A stretch of DNA of 29,323 bases from Verrucomicrobiales bacterium (GCA_031411295.1 JANOAV010000133.1:1-29323), one strand, 5' to 3'. Shown: positions 17,565 through 27,451, numbered from the stretch's first letter. The notes: a model not told the origin generated them from the sequence alone. A program made the numbers and translations.

Positions 17565-20500
17565 CCTTGTGTGTCTTCTAGTTCTGATTTGCTTTCCTGT
17601 CCGTTATGCTCCGCGCCATTGATGGCGGGGGAGGCTTGTATGGCGTGTTTTTTTAAGGAGGCGTTGGTGGCGCAGTTGCCAGGGGCTGGGGCGGGTGAGC
17701 GGTCGGAGTCGAGGTTGTTTGCGATGATTGGGAGGTTGGAGTTGCCGTTTGAGTTTGCCGGGCATCGGGTGGATCGGGAGATTGCCAGCGGGGGGATGGG
17801 GACGGTATATGCCGCGGAGCAGTTGAAATTAAAACGCACGGTGGCGCTGAAGTTGGTGCGTTCGTCGGCGTTCGCGCGACCGGAGGAATTGCAGCGTTTC
17901 CGGGCGGAGGCGGAAACGGTGGCGCGACTGGATCACCCGAATATTGTGCCCGTCTATGAGGTGGGTGAGAGTGGCGGGCAGCCGTATTTCACGATGAAAT
18001 TACTGCCCGGCGGCACGCTGGCGGATCGACTGAAGGCTGGTCCCATAACGCCGCGCGAGGCTGCGCAAATGATGGCGAAGCTGGCTCGGGCGGTGCATCA
18101 TGCGCACGAACGGGGCGTGCTGCATCGGGATTTGAAGCCGGGAAATGTGCTGTTGGATGCCACGGGGTAACCGTGCCTGACGGACTTCGGTTTGGCGAAA
18201 ATTTCTGATGTGGAAAGCGGGCTGACGCTGAGTTCCGCACATCTCGGGACTCCGCAATACATGTCCCCGGAGCAGGCCGCAGGCCGGGCCAAGGAGTTGA
18301 CGGCGTTGAGTGATGTGTGGTCGCTGGGGGCGGTGTTTTATCAGATGTTGTCTGGGCAGGTGCCGTTTAGCGGGAAGAATCATGCGGAGATTTTTCGGAG
18401 AATTTTAGAGGAGGAACCGGTGAGTTTGGGGAAAGGACAGAAGGGACTTAAAGGACTTGAAGGACAGAGGGGACCTGAGGATGAGGCTGTCCCGTTAGTC
18501 CTTTCGGCCCCTGAGGACCTCTCCACTCTGGCCACGCGCTGTTTGCAAAAAGACGCCACGCGTCGCCTGCCCAGCGCTCTTTTCCTGGCGGAGGAACTGG
18601 AACGCTGGCTGGCAGGCAAGGCCATTTTTTCCCGGCGGATCTCTCTCTGGGAACGGGCGGGGCGCTGGGTGCAGCGGCATCCGTGGCCGGTGGCTGCGGG
18701 GTTGGCTGCCTCGGTGGCGGTGTGCGCGCTGGTTTTTGCAATGACGCGCCATTCCGCCACGGTGGGGGATATGTCCCTGTTGCCGACAGTGCCTCCAGTC
18801 GTGGCTCCCGCCAGTCGCGTGGCGACAGGGGATGATCGCCCGATGAAGGTGAACATGCTGACGGCGGCTGCGGATGGCTGGCTTTACGGAGGGTCTATTA
18901 GAGGGGGGAAGTTTGACGAGGGCACGTTGTTCCGGCTCAAGCCGAGCCAGCCTGACCAGACGGAAGTGCTGGCGCATTGGTCTGGAAATGAACGCAAGCC
19001 AGGCGGGGAGCTGGGCCAGCATGCCCTCGCTCCATTGGCAGCGGGACCGGGTGGGGTGCTCTATGGTTGCACGACCAATGGCGGGGCACGCAATGTGGGG
19101 ACGATTTTTCGAGTGAAGGCAGATGGTGCGTTTGAAACGTTATATGAATTTCTCAAAGACGAACTGGGTCGGGCTCCGGTCCAGGTGCGGCTGCATTCGG
19201 ATGGCTGGCTGTGGGGCGGGACGATTGGTGGTGGGGGAGCAGGCAAGGGGGGCGTTTTTAAATTTCATCCTAACACGCGGGAGTTCGTCTGGGTCTTTTC
19301 GCTGGGGGGGCCGGATGATCCGGTCAGCGTGGGGCGTCGCGTGCGGGAGGTGGTGGAGGTGCGGCCCGGGCTGCGGGTGTTCTGGGGCGGGACGGAGCCT
19401 GGGGCGGGGACTGCGGTGCGTTCGGTCTTGTTTGCCTTGGAAGATTCCAACAAGCCTCGGATCATCTATGCCTGGCCGGATGACGCCCCGAAGCAGGCCG
19501 GGGGAACCCTGAGCAACTTCGCGGTGGGGGCGGACGAGAGTTTGTATTTCACAACCTATGAAGGTGGTGAGAACAACATGGGCACGCTGCAGCGGATGCG
19601 TCTGGATGGATCTCCCCCTGTGGTGTTGCATCATTTCTCCGGGCCGGATGGGGCTGCACCGGCCTCCCAGGCTCCGTCCATCCTGGTGGACGGCTCCATC
19701 TGTGGCATGACCTGCGGTGGGGGAGCCTACGGTCAAGGCGTGGTCTTCGCCTTCATGCCGGGACGTCAGGGCACGGGTGGAGAGGTGCGGGTGCTGGGCA
19801 GCCTGCATCATAGCGCGGGGAGGCAGGTGATGTTAGCAGCGGCGGCGGACGGGCTGCTCTATGCGGCCTCTACGAATGATGAGGACTCCTGGATCTTTCG
19901 TTGCGATGCCAAGCTGCAAAATGCGCTAACGCAAATTTCCTACTATCCGCGTCATACCCCCAAGCCGAATCCTGGGCCGCAAGCCGGACCGGGACGACTG
20001 GCCGTTGGCCGGGATGGCTGGATGTATGGTGCCTGCTACGATGGTGGGAAGTTTGGTCATGGCACCATTTTCCGCTGGAAGGAGGATTTGCCGGCGGAGA
20101 CGATGTTGAATTTCACGGATGCCGGTGGCGCGGCTCCCGCCTCTCATCCCGTGGGAGCAGTGACGTTCGGCAGTGACGGGGCGCTCTATGGCTTCACGGA
20201 GTATGGTGGGCCGGATGCAGCAGGGATCGTTTATCGATATCATGAGGCATCGGAAAAATTTACGGTGCTGGCCGTGCAGAGCGGCATTCGGCGGGCCGAT
20301 GTGTCGGCGGGAATGGTAACCGGACCTGACGGAGCACTGTATGGCACGGTGCCCGGTGGCGGTAGCAATGGCTGTGGTCTCGTCATCCGCATCAAGCCTG
20401 CGCGCGAAGGACAGAGCACCAGTTATGAGATCCTGGCAGAGTTTACTGGCATCGGGGGACTGCTGCCAGGCATTGCTCCCGGGCCGCTCACGGTGGGGCC

Positions 20501-21053
20501 GGATGGTGCCTGTTATGGCGTTACGTGTAAAGGCGGCCGCACGAATTGTGGCACTGCGTTTCGCGTTAGTGGGACCGAAGTTTCCACCCTGGGGCCGCTG
20601 CCGTTGGACGGAGACTGCCCTGCGGCCCATTGTCTGCTAGCACCTGGAAAAGAGGGCTGGCTCTATGGGCTGACGCAGGCCGGGAGAAATTGTGTGATGT
20701 TCCGGCTGCATCCGCCGACGAAGCAGGTGGAACTTATCCGCGGGCCCGGAGGCATGGGCTGGAACCTTTGGGGCTGGGGCGGGCTGGTGCCCGACGGGGC
20801 GGACTCGTTTCTCTATGTGAGTGCCAATCTTGGTGGCAATGGCGGCGTGCTCCGTGTGTGGCCGGACGGAAAATTTAAAGAAGCGGGGAAATTTGATAAC
20901 TCGGTGCCGGGGATCGGGAAGTCTCCAGAGTGCGAATTGTTGCCGATGCCGAATGGCGCATTCTATGGCACCTACCCCAAAGGCGGGCCCATGGATCGCG
21001 GGGGGATCTACAAAATCCACGATGGACATCTGCTGGCTTGGCCGGCGTTTTGA
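17559..21053 (+). pseudogene. Membrane Ser/Thr protein kinase with Gloeo_Verruco (GloVer)-like repeats, interrupted by an in-frame TAA
   Basis: ORFs 17559-18170 and 18192-21053 share a frame, and TAA at 18168-18170 replaces the Glu of the paralog (DATG-E-PCLTDFG). Motifs: CPLC..CMAC, SGGMGTVY, VALK, HRDLKPGN, DFG, GTPQYMSPE, a TM helix, and repeated G.LYG....GG....G.(I/V)FR units. True start may be GTG 17571. Confidence 0.88.
18432..18515. repeat. In-frame 9-bp direct plus inverted repeat insert in kinase 1
   Basis: aaaggacag aagggactt aaaggactt gaaggacag aggggacct ... gtcccgtta gtcctttcg gcccctgag. Confidence 0.7.
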
Positions 21054-21107
21054 GGGGCGGCCCTGGGCGATCCATTGTGCCGTTAGGAAGTCTGCGATTT
21101 GGATGCG

Positions 21108-21356
21108 CTACCGCGTTACTCCCAGCGCAGGCTTCCCCAGTTTGACGCCCTTGCTGCGGGCGTAGTCGATCATTTCCGCCACGGCGGCTTTGCGTTGCTT
21201 TTCCGGCAGGAAATTGATGCGAGCCAACTCTTCGCCAAAGGCGCGGACGTGGAAATCGCGCATGACTTTCCGCCACCAACGTTTCTCGGCAGGCGAGAGC
21301 GTTTTGGGTGAGTCCGATGCGCTGGGGGCGTTTGGAGCGGCGGGCGTGGCTTTCAT
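21108..21356 (-). CDS. Small basic protein (82 aa), copy 1; candidate antitoxin/partner of the NTase
   Basis: ATG 21356 lies 4 nt after the NTase stop. Differences from copy 2 are mostly synonymous in this frame. Confidence 0.75.
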   Translation of the reverse strand: MKATPAAPNAPSASDSPKTLSPAEKRWWRKVMRDFHVRAFGEELARINFLPEKQRKAAVAEMIDYARSKGVKLGKPALGVTR

Positions 21357-21360
21357 GATT

Positions 21361-22281
21361 TCAGAGTCCGTAGAAATTTCCTTCAGCGGCTGGCAGCCAC
21401 TGTAGCACATCCGGGGCTATTGTCATGCCTACAGTTTCCCTAGCCTCGGCAAGCATCTGCTTTAGGCCGTAGTCACGCAGCGGTAACTGGGGTAGATGCT
21501 GTTCCGCACAGGCGAGACGGATTTGGTGGGAGTCTGAGACGCTGAGATCCCGTCGTCCTGCAGATGCTTTTCTGACGGCAGAGACATAGGGGCGCAAATG
21601 GTGTTGAAAGATGCGGACGCGGATTTCATCGAGCGCACTCCAGAACGTCCGTTCAGCCATGAGGGCGCGTCGGACGAGCATCCGGTCATCGAAGGGAGCC
21701 AGCTTTAAAATGGGGCGTAGCGGAAGGAGTCGCTCGGGAATGGCGGATTTTCTAAGAGCTTGTTTTAAAATATCAGCATCATAGATGTGCAGCCACCCTT
21801 GGACATCTCCCTCCATTAACATCTGAGCACCCAGGCTGGTGGCGAATGGCCAATCCTTTTCTCGGTTAGTGCGCTTCATCTCCGCCACCACGTTGTAGCG
21901 TGCATAGATTCCTTGGAGTTGCTGCTCCCAGGCCGAACTCCCGCGTGGCGCAATGCCAAAAATATCCAGACACGTTTCCTCGGGCTTTGTCTTCCATGTA
22001 AAATGAGACGTCCAGCCTCCCCGCATCCAACGGGCGTCCAGCGGCGGAGAAATATTTCCACGATAGTTCGGTAGCAGTCCGTGTAATGAAGTCTCGGAAA
22101 CCAGGGCGCGGAACTCGTCTGATTTTTCCGCTAGGCAGAGGACATCGCAATCCTTCGTAGTGGCGGCTACGCCAAAGTGGACACAGGCCATGCCGCTGGT
22201 GATGGCGCAGGGAATGCCGCGGCTCTGGGCTTGGGAAACCAAGTCGCAGAAGAATTTCTCGAGTTCAGCATAGGGGATCAT
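21361..22281 (-). CDS. Nucleotidyltransferase-fold protein (AbiEii/DUF6036-like motif)
   Basis: Start at ATG 22281 (MIPYAELEKF). ITSGMACVHFG...TKDCD matches the G/SG-x-A...T-x-D-x-D NTase motif, followed later by KRTNREKDW. Confidence 0.7.
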   Translation of the reverse strand: MIPYAELEKFFCDLVSQAQSRGIPCAITSGMACVHFGVAATTKDCDVLCLAEKSDEFRALVSETSLHGLLPNYRGNISPPLDARWMRGGWTSHFTWKTKPEETCLDIFGIAPRGSSAWEQQLQGIYARYNVVAEMKRTNREKDWPFATSLGAQMLMEGDVQGWLHIYDADILKQALRKSAIPERLLPLRPILKLAPFDDRMLVRRALMAERTFWSALDEIRVRIFQHHLRPYVSAVRKASAGRRDLSVSDSHQIRLACAEQHLPQLPLRDYGLKQMLAEARETVGMTIAPDVLQWLPAAEGNFYGL

Positions 22282-22672
22282 TTCGATGGGGACGGATCTA
22301 GCGAATCTAAAGGGTGCCCGCTTATGGACGCAACTAAAAGGCACATAAATACAGCTGCAAACGACATCCTCCCCACGCGCCCGCAAGTGGAAATACCCCA
22401 TCCCTCCCGTCGCACTTCGCACCCCCCTCCAAAACAATCTGCATTTTTTTCATTAACTTCTCGTGGATCTCGCTCGGAGACGAAATCTTGCCCAAAATTT
22501 CATCCAACCCACGGGCAAAACAAAATCGAACCAGGGTGGAGACTTTTTGGGCACGGATGCGTAGTGCTGCTGGTATCATATTTTTGTGTTATTACGATCT
22601 CGGACGGGGTCACGAAAATTTTTCCTATTGAGACTTTATCAATGGCTCCGGTCGTGCTAAAGGAGCAGACCT

Positions 22673-23419
22673 ATGACGCTTCTTCACCAGCAAACAGACT
22701 CTACTCCCGGTCTCTTTCCGATGACTATGTGGAGCGCTGTGATTGGGACGGGAGATGCGGATGAGGTCGGTGCCCTGCGGGCTTTGGATCGTCTGGCGCG
22801 GGCTTATTGGCGGCCGTTATATGTTTTTGTCAGGCAGCGTGGCCTGGTGCATGAGGATGCGTCGGATGCGGTGCAGGGATTTTTTGCGCATTTGTTATCT
22901 AAGGAGATGCTGCATCGGGTGGAGCGCAGGGAGACGCGGTTCCGCACGTTTTTATTGCACTGTTTTACCAATTGGCTAATTTCAGCACAGCGCAGGGAGA
23001 CGGCCGCTAAACGTGGGGGAAATAATTTTCATGTCCCGCTCGCGGAATTTGATTCAGAAAGTGGTTGGATCGTTGCTCGGGAGACGGATTCTCCCGAAGT
23101 GGCGTTTGACCGTCGCTGGGCGCATACCATCTTCCAACGCGCTCAGGAGCGACTGGGGCTGGAAATTGCCTCGCAGGAGCGGGCGGATTATCTGCGTGAG
23201 CTTCATCGTCGCGTGTTCCATCCTGGGGCGGATGGACCGAACTGGGCGGAAGTGGCACAACGTTTTGGAATGAGTGAAGGAGCGGTGCGGAAGGCGGCGT
23301 TGGAGCTGCGGGGGCGGTTTGCGGGGTTGCTGCGGGCGGAGGTGCTGGAGGTGGTGAGTGATCCAACGGAGGTGGATGCGGAGTTGCGCTATTTGTTTGA
23401 GCTGCTTTCGAGCGGCTGA
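22673..23419 (+). CDS. ECF sigma-70 factor, intact (unit 2)
   Basis: AGGAG RBS upstream. Region 2 (YWRPLYVFVRQRG..DASDAVQGFF..FRTFLL) and region 4 HTH (WAEVAQRFGMSEGAVRKAALELRGRF). Directly upstream of a Ser/Thr kinase. Confidence 0.9.
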   Translation: MTLLHQQTDSTPGLFPMTMWSAVIGTGDADEVGALRALDRLARAYWRPLYVFVRQRGLVHEDASDAVQGFFAHLLSKEMLHRVERRETRFRTFLLHCFTNWLISAQRRETAAKRGGNNFHVPLAEFDSESGWIVARETDSPEVAFDRRWAHTIFQRAQERLGLEIASQERADYLRELHRRVFHPGADGPNWAEVAQRFGMSEGAVRKAALELRGRFAGLLRAEVLEVVSDPTEVDAELRYLFELLSSG

Positions 23420-23459
23420 TGTTTTGAGAAAGCAGGTGCAATTATTTGAAATTTAATTT

Positions 23460-23488
23460 CGTAACATTCTGTCGTGTTTGGCGTGAAT
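23460..23488 (+). promoter_or_regulatory. Candidate ECF promoter upstream of kinase 2
   Basis: CGTAACAT-N14-CGTGAAT. An in-frame GTG at 23495 lies 7 nt after CGTGAA. Confidence 0.55.
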
Positions 23489-26400
23489 CCTTGTGTGTCC
23501 ACTAGTTCTGATTTGCTTTGCTGTCCGTTGTGCTCCGCGCCATTGATGGCGGGGGAGGCTTGCATGGCGTGTTTTTTTCAGGAAGCGTTGGCGGCTCCGC
23601 TACCGGTGGGTGGTGGGGGTGAGCAGTTTGAGCCGAGGTTGTTTGCGATGATTGGGAGGTTGGAGTTGCCCTTTGAATTTGCCGGGCATCGGGTGGATCG
23701 GGAGATTGCCAGTGGGGGGATGGGGACGGTGTATGCTGCGGAGCAGTTAAAGTTGAAACGTTTGGTGGCGCTGAAGTTGGTGCGTTCGTCGGCGTTCGCG
23801 AGGCCGGAGGAATTGCAGCGTTTCCGGGCGGAAGCGGAGACGGTAGCCCGGCTGGATCATCCGAATATTGTGCCCGTCTATGAGGTGGGTGAGAGTGGTG
23901 GGCAGCCGTATTTTACGATGAAATTACTACCCGGCGGCACGCTGGCGGATCGCCTGAAGGCTGGTCCCATGCCGCCGCGCGAGGCTGCGCAAATGATGGC
24001 GAAGCTGGCCCGGGCGGTGCATCATGCGCATGAACGGGGAGTGCTGCATCGGGATTTGAAACCGGGAAATGTGTTGTTGGATGCCACGGGTGAGCCGTGC
24101 CTGACGGACTTTGGTTTGGCGAAAATTTCGGATATTGAGAGCGGCCTCACCTTGTCCACGGCTCATTTGGGCACCCCGCAATACATGTCGCCCGAGCAGG
24201 CCACGGGAAAAATAAAGGAGCTGTCCACCCTGAGCGATGTCTGGTCGCAGGGGGCGGTGTTTTATCAGATGTTGTGTGGTCGGGTCCCGTTCTCTGGGCA
24301 GAATCATGCGGAGATCTTTCGGAAGATTTTGGAAGAGGAGCCGGTGAGTTTGGGGAGAGGTGGGAAGGGACTAAAGGGACGGAAGGGACTAAAGGGACCC
24401 GAAGAAGTGGCTAATGTCCCTGCTGTCTCTTTGGTCTCTTCTGTCCCTTCCACTCCTGAAGATCTCTCCACGCTGGCCATGCGTTGTTTGGAGAAAGATC
24501 CCGCCCGCCGTCCCCCCAGTGCGGCCTTTTTGGCTGATGAATTGGAGCGGTGGCTCACTGGTGAGCCGATCCTTTCCCGCCCCATCACAGCATGGGAGAA
24601 AATGCATCGCTGGGTGAAACGGTATCCCGGGCGGGTGGCTTTCATATTGGCATTAGCGCTCTCGATTCTAGGAGGCACGGCCACCAGTCTGGTTCTCTGG
24701 CAACGCGCGGAAGCCCACGCCACGGAGGCGAGCCTGGCACACGATGCCGCGGCGGAAAATGCGTATTTTGCCATCATGGCCAACGCCCTGCATGAGCGGA
24801 CGCGCTTCGACTTCGCTTCCGCGCGCCAGCTCCTTTCCAGCTTGCCTGCAGAACGCCGGGGCTTTGAATGGCGCTTGGTGGATTGGCTGTGTCAGGGGGA
24901 TGAAACTTGGTCCACCACTCTCACAAGGGCGGAGCCAAGGCAGTTGGTGAGGGACCCTGCCACGGGTGGCGTCTGTCTTCTCTCTGGAGACCGGTTCCTG
25001 CATGCGGTGGATTCCAAAACGGGCCAGATGCAAGTGATCGGCAAGGTGCCCATGATCCCGCCCGGCACCATTCCTGCTCAGGCCCCCGCTCGTCTCAATG
25101 GATTTCAAGATTTCGCGTTTGCGCCTGATGGAGCGCATTATTTTGTGACGGAAGGAGGGGTGTTGCTGGTGGTCGAGCGCCAGAGTGAGAAAGTGGTGTT
25201 TGCCAAATATCAAACTGCCTGCCTAGCGGCTTGGCTCAGCGACAGTCGTCTCATTTTTAGTTCCAGTTCGGCCTACCGAGTTGACGAAGGAAAGGTCACG
25301 GCTTGGATCCATGATCTTCATGATGCGTCCACCACCGATCTGCCTCCCGTGGGCATCGCAGGTCCGTTCGCAGTATCGCCAGATCGATCTCGCGTCGCCT
25401 GGATCCAGATTGTAAAAGAGGCAAAACATGGCCGCAGGATCGTGGTGCGGCGGATGGATCAAATTACGAGTCTGGAGCCAGAAGCGGCATTTCCCCAGAA
25501 TGGCGTGGGCTCTGTTTACAGCTTGGAATTTTCCCCGACGGGAGATCAGCTTGCAGCAAGTTGGAGTGATAAATTTGACGGGAAAGCAGGACTGTTCAGC
25601 GTGCTCACGGGAGAGCTGCTGGCAGCGCAGCCCATTCTGGCGCAATCTCAAGTCGTCTGTGGTGGCTCCGAACCACTGCTGGCCTGTTTTGGCCAGGATC
25701 CCTGGATTACCGTGCTGAACACTAGCATTCCTCGAAACGAGGTGTTTGTGTATGACGATGCCAATCAAGGCCCGGGCATCTTCATCGACCCTGAACGTCC
25801 CCTGAGGCCGCCGGAGCGCCTGCTCACACGCTCTGCGCAGGATGCCAGAATCCGCCTGCTCTTTGGTCACGAAGCGCCTCCCTGCAGCGTGCTCCTGTTG
25901 CCGGAGGAACACGCGATTCTCTCCGCTGGTGCGGACGGCACCGTCCGCCGCTGGCCGGAGTTAGCCAGGGTGCCGCGCGCCAATCGACTCAATAACATTT
26001 CCACCGAGCACATCTGGCATCATCCCATCGCGTCACCCGATGGCCGCCGTGTCATTTGCGTGGCCATGAACGGCCGGGGATTTCTCTGGGATTTTACGAC
26101 GCGCCAGCGGGTTGATTTTGACTACGATCACGATGGCATCGCCTGCTTCGATGACGGTCGTTATTTGCTGCGCGAAGCCACACCCCATTTAATTTCCTGC
26201 TGGCAAAGCCCCGCCACCGCAGGCGAGCAGCCGGTCAAACTCTGGTCCACTCCCTGCGGTCGCTCAGTGCAAGGCTTCCGGCAAATTATCCATTCCGCCA
26301 CCTCAGCGGATGACCGGCATGCGGCGGTGCTCATGCCGGGTAAACTCATCGTGGTGGACATGGAGACCCACGCTGTGCAGGAAACCGGGGATGAAGTCAT

Positions 26401-26926
26401 GGACTATGGCCTCACGCCCGGCCAGACCGTCGCCATTTCCCCGGATGGCGGAACCGTTGCGGTCACTGGCTTCCTCGGCTTCAGAGCCCGATGCTACGAC
26501 TTTGGCAACCTGGCCCGAGGGCATCAGAAATGCATCCCGGCCAAGGAAAGCACCATTCACGACACGGCCTGTTTCTTTAGTCGTGATGGACAGCGGCTCT
26601 ACGTCGGAAACGAAGCGGGTTGGGTCCGGGTTTATGATGTGAAGACCCATCAGGAACTGCCCGCAGAATCGTGGCGCGCCCACAGCACGGCCATTACCGC
26701 CCTCTCCGCAGCCCACGATGGTAAAGTGATTGCCACCGCAGCGGATGGCTCGCTGGCACTCTGGTCCACTGTTATCAAAGCCAACGAAGCCAGAAGAGAA
26801 CGCCTTCGCATCACGATGGATCGGGCCAGCAATTGGCTGCATTTTGCCACCAAAGACCGGGCCCTGCTGCACTGCGCGCCAGAGCGCCCGGTGGAAATCT
26901 GGGAAGCGGGGGTGGGGGATAAATAA
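23483..26926 (+). CDS. Membrane Ser/Thr protein kinase with C-terminal WD40-like beta-propeller repeats
   Basis: CPLC..CMAC zinc-ribbon-like N-terminus and a complete Hanks kinase motif set. TM helix, RGFEW motif, and WD-like repeats (GHEAP..SAGADGTVRRW; AHSTAIT..ATAADGSLALW). Start is GTG 23483 or 23495. Confidence 0.9.
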   Translation: MNPCVSTSSDLLCCPLCSAPLMAGEACMACFFQEALAAPLPVGGGGEQFEPRLFAMIGRLELPFEFAGHRVDREIASGGMGTVYAAEQLKLKRLVALKLVRSSAFARPEELQRFRAEAETVARLDHPNIVPVYEVGESGGQPYFTMKLLPGGTLADRLKAGPMPPREAAQMMAKLARAVHHAHERGVLHRDLKPGNVLLDATGEPCLTDFGLAKISDIESGLTLSTAHLGTPQYMSPEQATGKIKELSTLSDVWSQGAVFYQMLCGRVPFSGQNHAEIFRKILEEEPVSLGRGGKGLKGRKGLKGPEEVANVPAVSLVSSVPSTPEDLSTLAMRCLEKDPARRPPSAAFLADELERWLTGEPILSRPITAWEKMHRWVKRYPGRVAFILALALSILGGTATSLVLWQRAEAHATEASLAHDAAAENAYFAIMANALHERTRFDFASARQLLSSLPAERRGFEWRLVDWLCQGDETWSTTLTRAEPRQLVRDPATGGVCLLSGDRFLHAVDSKTGQMQVIGKVPMIPPGTIPAQAPARLNGFQDFAFAPDGAHYFVTEGGVLLVVERQSEKVVFAKYQTACLAAWLSDSRLIFSSSSAYRVDEGKVTAWIHDLHDASTTDLPPVGIAGPFAVSPDRSRVAWIQIVKEAKHGRRIVVRRMDQITSLEPEAAFPQNGVGSVYSLEFSPTGDQLAASWSDKFDGKAGLFSVLTGELLAAQPILAQSQVVCGGSEPLLACFGQDPWITVLNTSIPRNEVFVYDDANQGPGIFIDPERPLRPPERLLTRSAQDARIRLLFGHEAPPCSVLLLPEEHAILSAGADGTVRRWPELARVPRANRLNNISTEHIWHHPIASPDGRRVICVAMNGRGFLWDFTTRQRVDFDYDHDGIACFDDGRYLLREATPHLISCWQSPATAGEQPVKLWSTPCGRSVQGFRQIIHSATSADDRHAAVLMPGKLIVVDMETHAVQETGDEVMDYGLTPGQTVAISPDGGTVAVTGFLGFRARCYDFGNLARGHQKCIPAKESTIHDTACFFSRDGQRLYVGNEAGWVRVYDVKTHQELPAESWRAHSTAITALSAAHDGKVIATAADGSLALWSTVIKANEARRERLRITMDRASNWLHFATKDRALLHCAPERPVEIWEAGVGDK
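24365..24451. repeat. In-frame 9-bp direct plus inverted repeat insert in kinase 2
   Basis: aagggacta aagggacgg aagggacta aagggaccc ... gtccctgct gtctctttg gtctcttct gtcccttcc. Confidence 0.75.
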
Positions 26927-26987
26927 TGAGTTCTAAAGCCCCACTTCTTGAGCGTGCAAAAATCCGGCCCGCCTGGCATGAGAGAAC

Positions 26988-27236
26988 CTAAGGCGTTACC
27001 CCTAGCGCAGGCTTCCCCAGCTTGACGCCCTTACTGCGGGCGTAATCGATCATTTCCGCCACCGCAGCTTTGCGTTGCGTTTCGGGCAGGAAATTAATGC
27101 GAGCTAACTCTTCACCAAAGGCGCGGACGTGGAAATCGCGCATGACTTTCCGCCACCAACGTTTCTCGGCAGGCGAGAGCGTTTTGGGTGAATTCGATGC
27201 ACTGGATGCGTTTGGTGCGGCGGGCGTGGCTTTCAT
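26988..27236 (-). CDS. Small basic protein (82 aa), copy 2
   Basis: Near-identical protein to 21108-21356 (MKATPAAPNA..KPALGVT). Confidence 0.75.
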   Translation of the reverse strand: MKATPAAPNASSASNSPKTLSPAEKRWWRKVMRDFHVRAFGEELARINFLPETQRKAAVAEMIDYARSKGVKLGKPALGVTP

Positions 27237-27240
27237 GATT

Positions 27241-27335
27241 TCAGAGTCCGTAGAAAACGCGGATTTCATCAAGCGCACTCCAGAACGTCCGTTCAGCCAT
27301 GAGGGCCAGTCGGACGAGCATCCGCTCATCGAAGG
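27241..27335 (-). pseudogene. Remnant of the nucleotidyltransferase-like gene
   Basis: 27241-27256 matches 21361-21376 and 27257-27335 matches 21617-21695. This implies a 240-bp in-frame deletion plus loss of the whole 5' catalytic part. Confidence 0.85.
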
Positions 27336-27451
27336 AAACCTCCTTGATCTTGCTCTCGTATCGCTCGGGTGCAGGTGCCCTTACGACGGCTCCCTTCGTC
27401 CGTCTCGGGAATGGGCTGACCGGACGGTTTCCAAAAAAAACACCTTTCCTC

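Noticed and set aside
18168..18170. Stop-codon reassignment or programmed readthrough in kinase 1
   Set aside because: TAA terminates other genes here (e.g. 14472, 15308, 26926), and GAA>TAA is a single substitution. The neighbouring ECF is also broken.
2837..22437. Longer ORF-track starts (2837, 10260, 15356, 21410, 22437)
   Set aside because: The extensions precede clear signal peptides or family N-termini, or overlap a terminator or another gene. Downstream ATGs were used instead.
16755..27335. Diversity-generating retroelement explaining the near-identical segments
   Set aside because: No reverse transcriptase is present, and the differences are largely synonymous and not adenine-specific.
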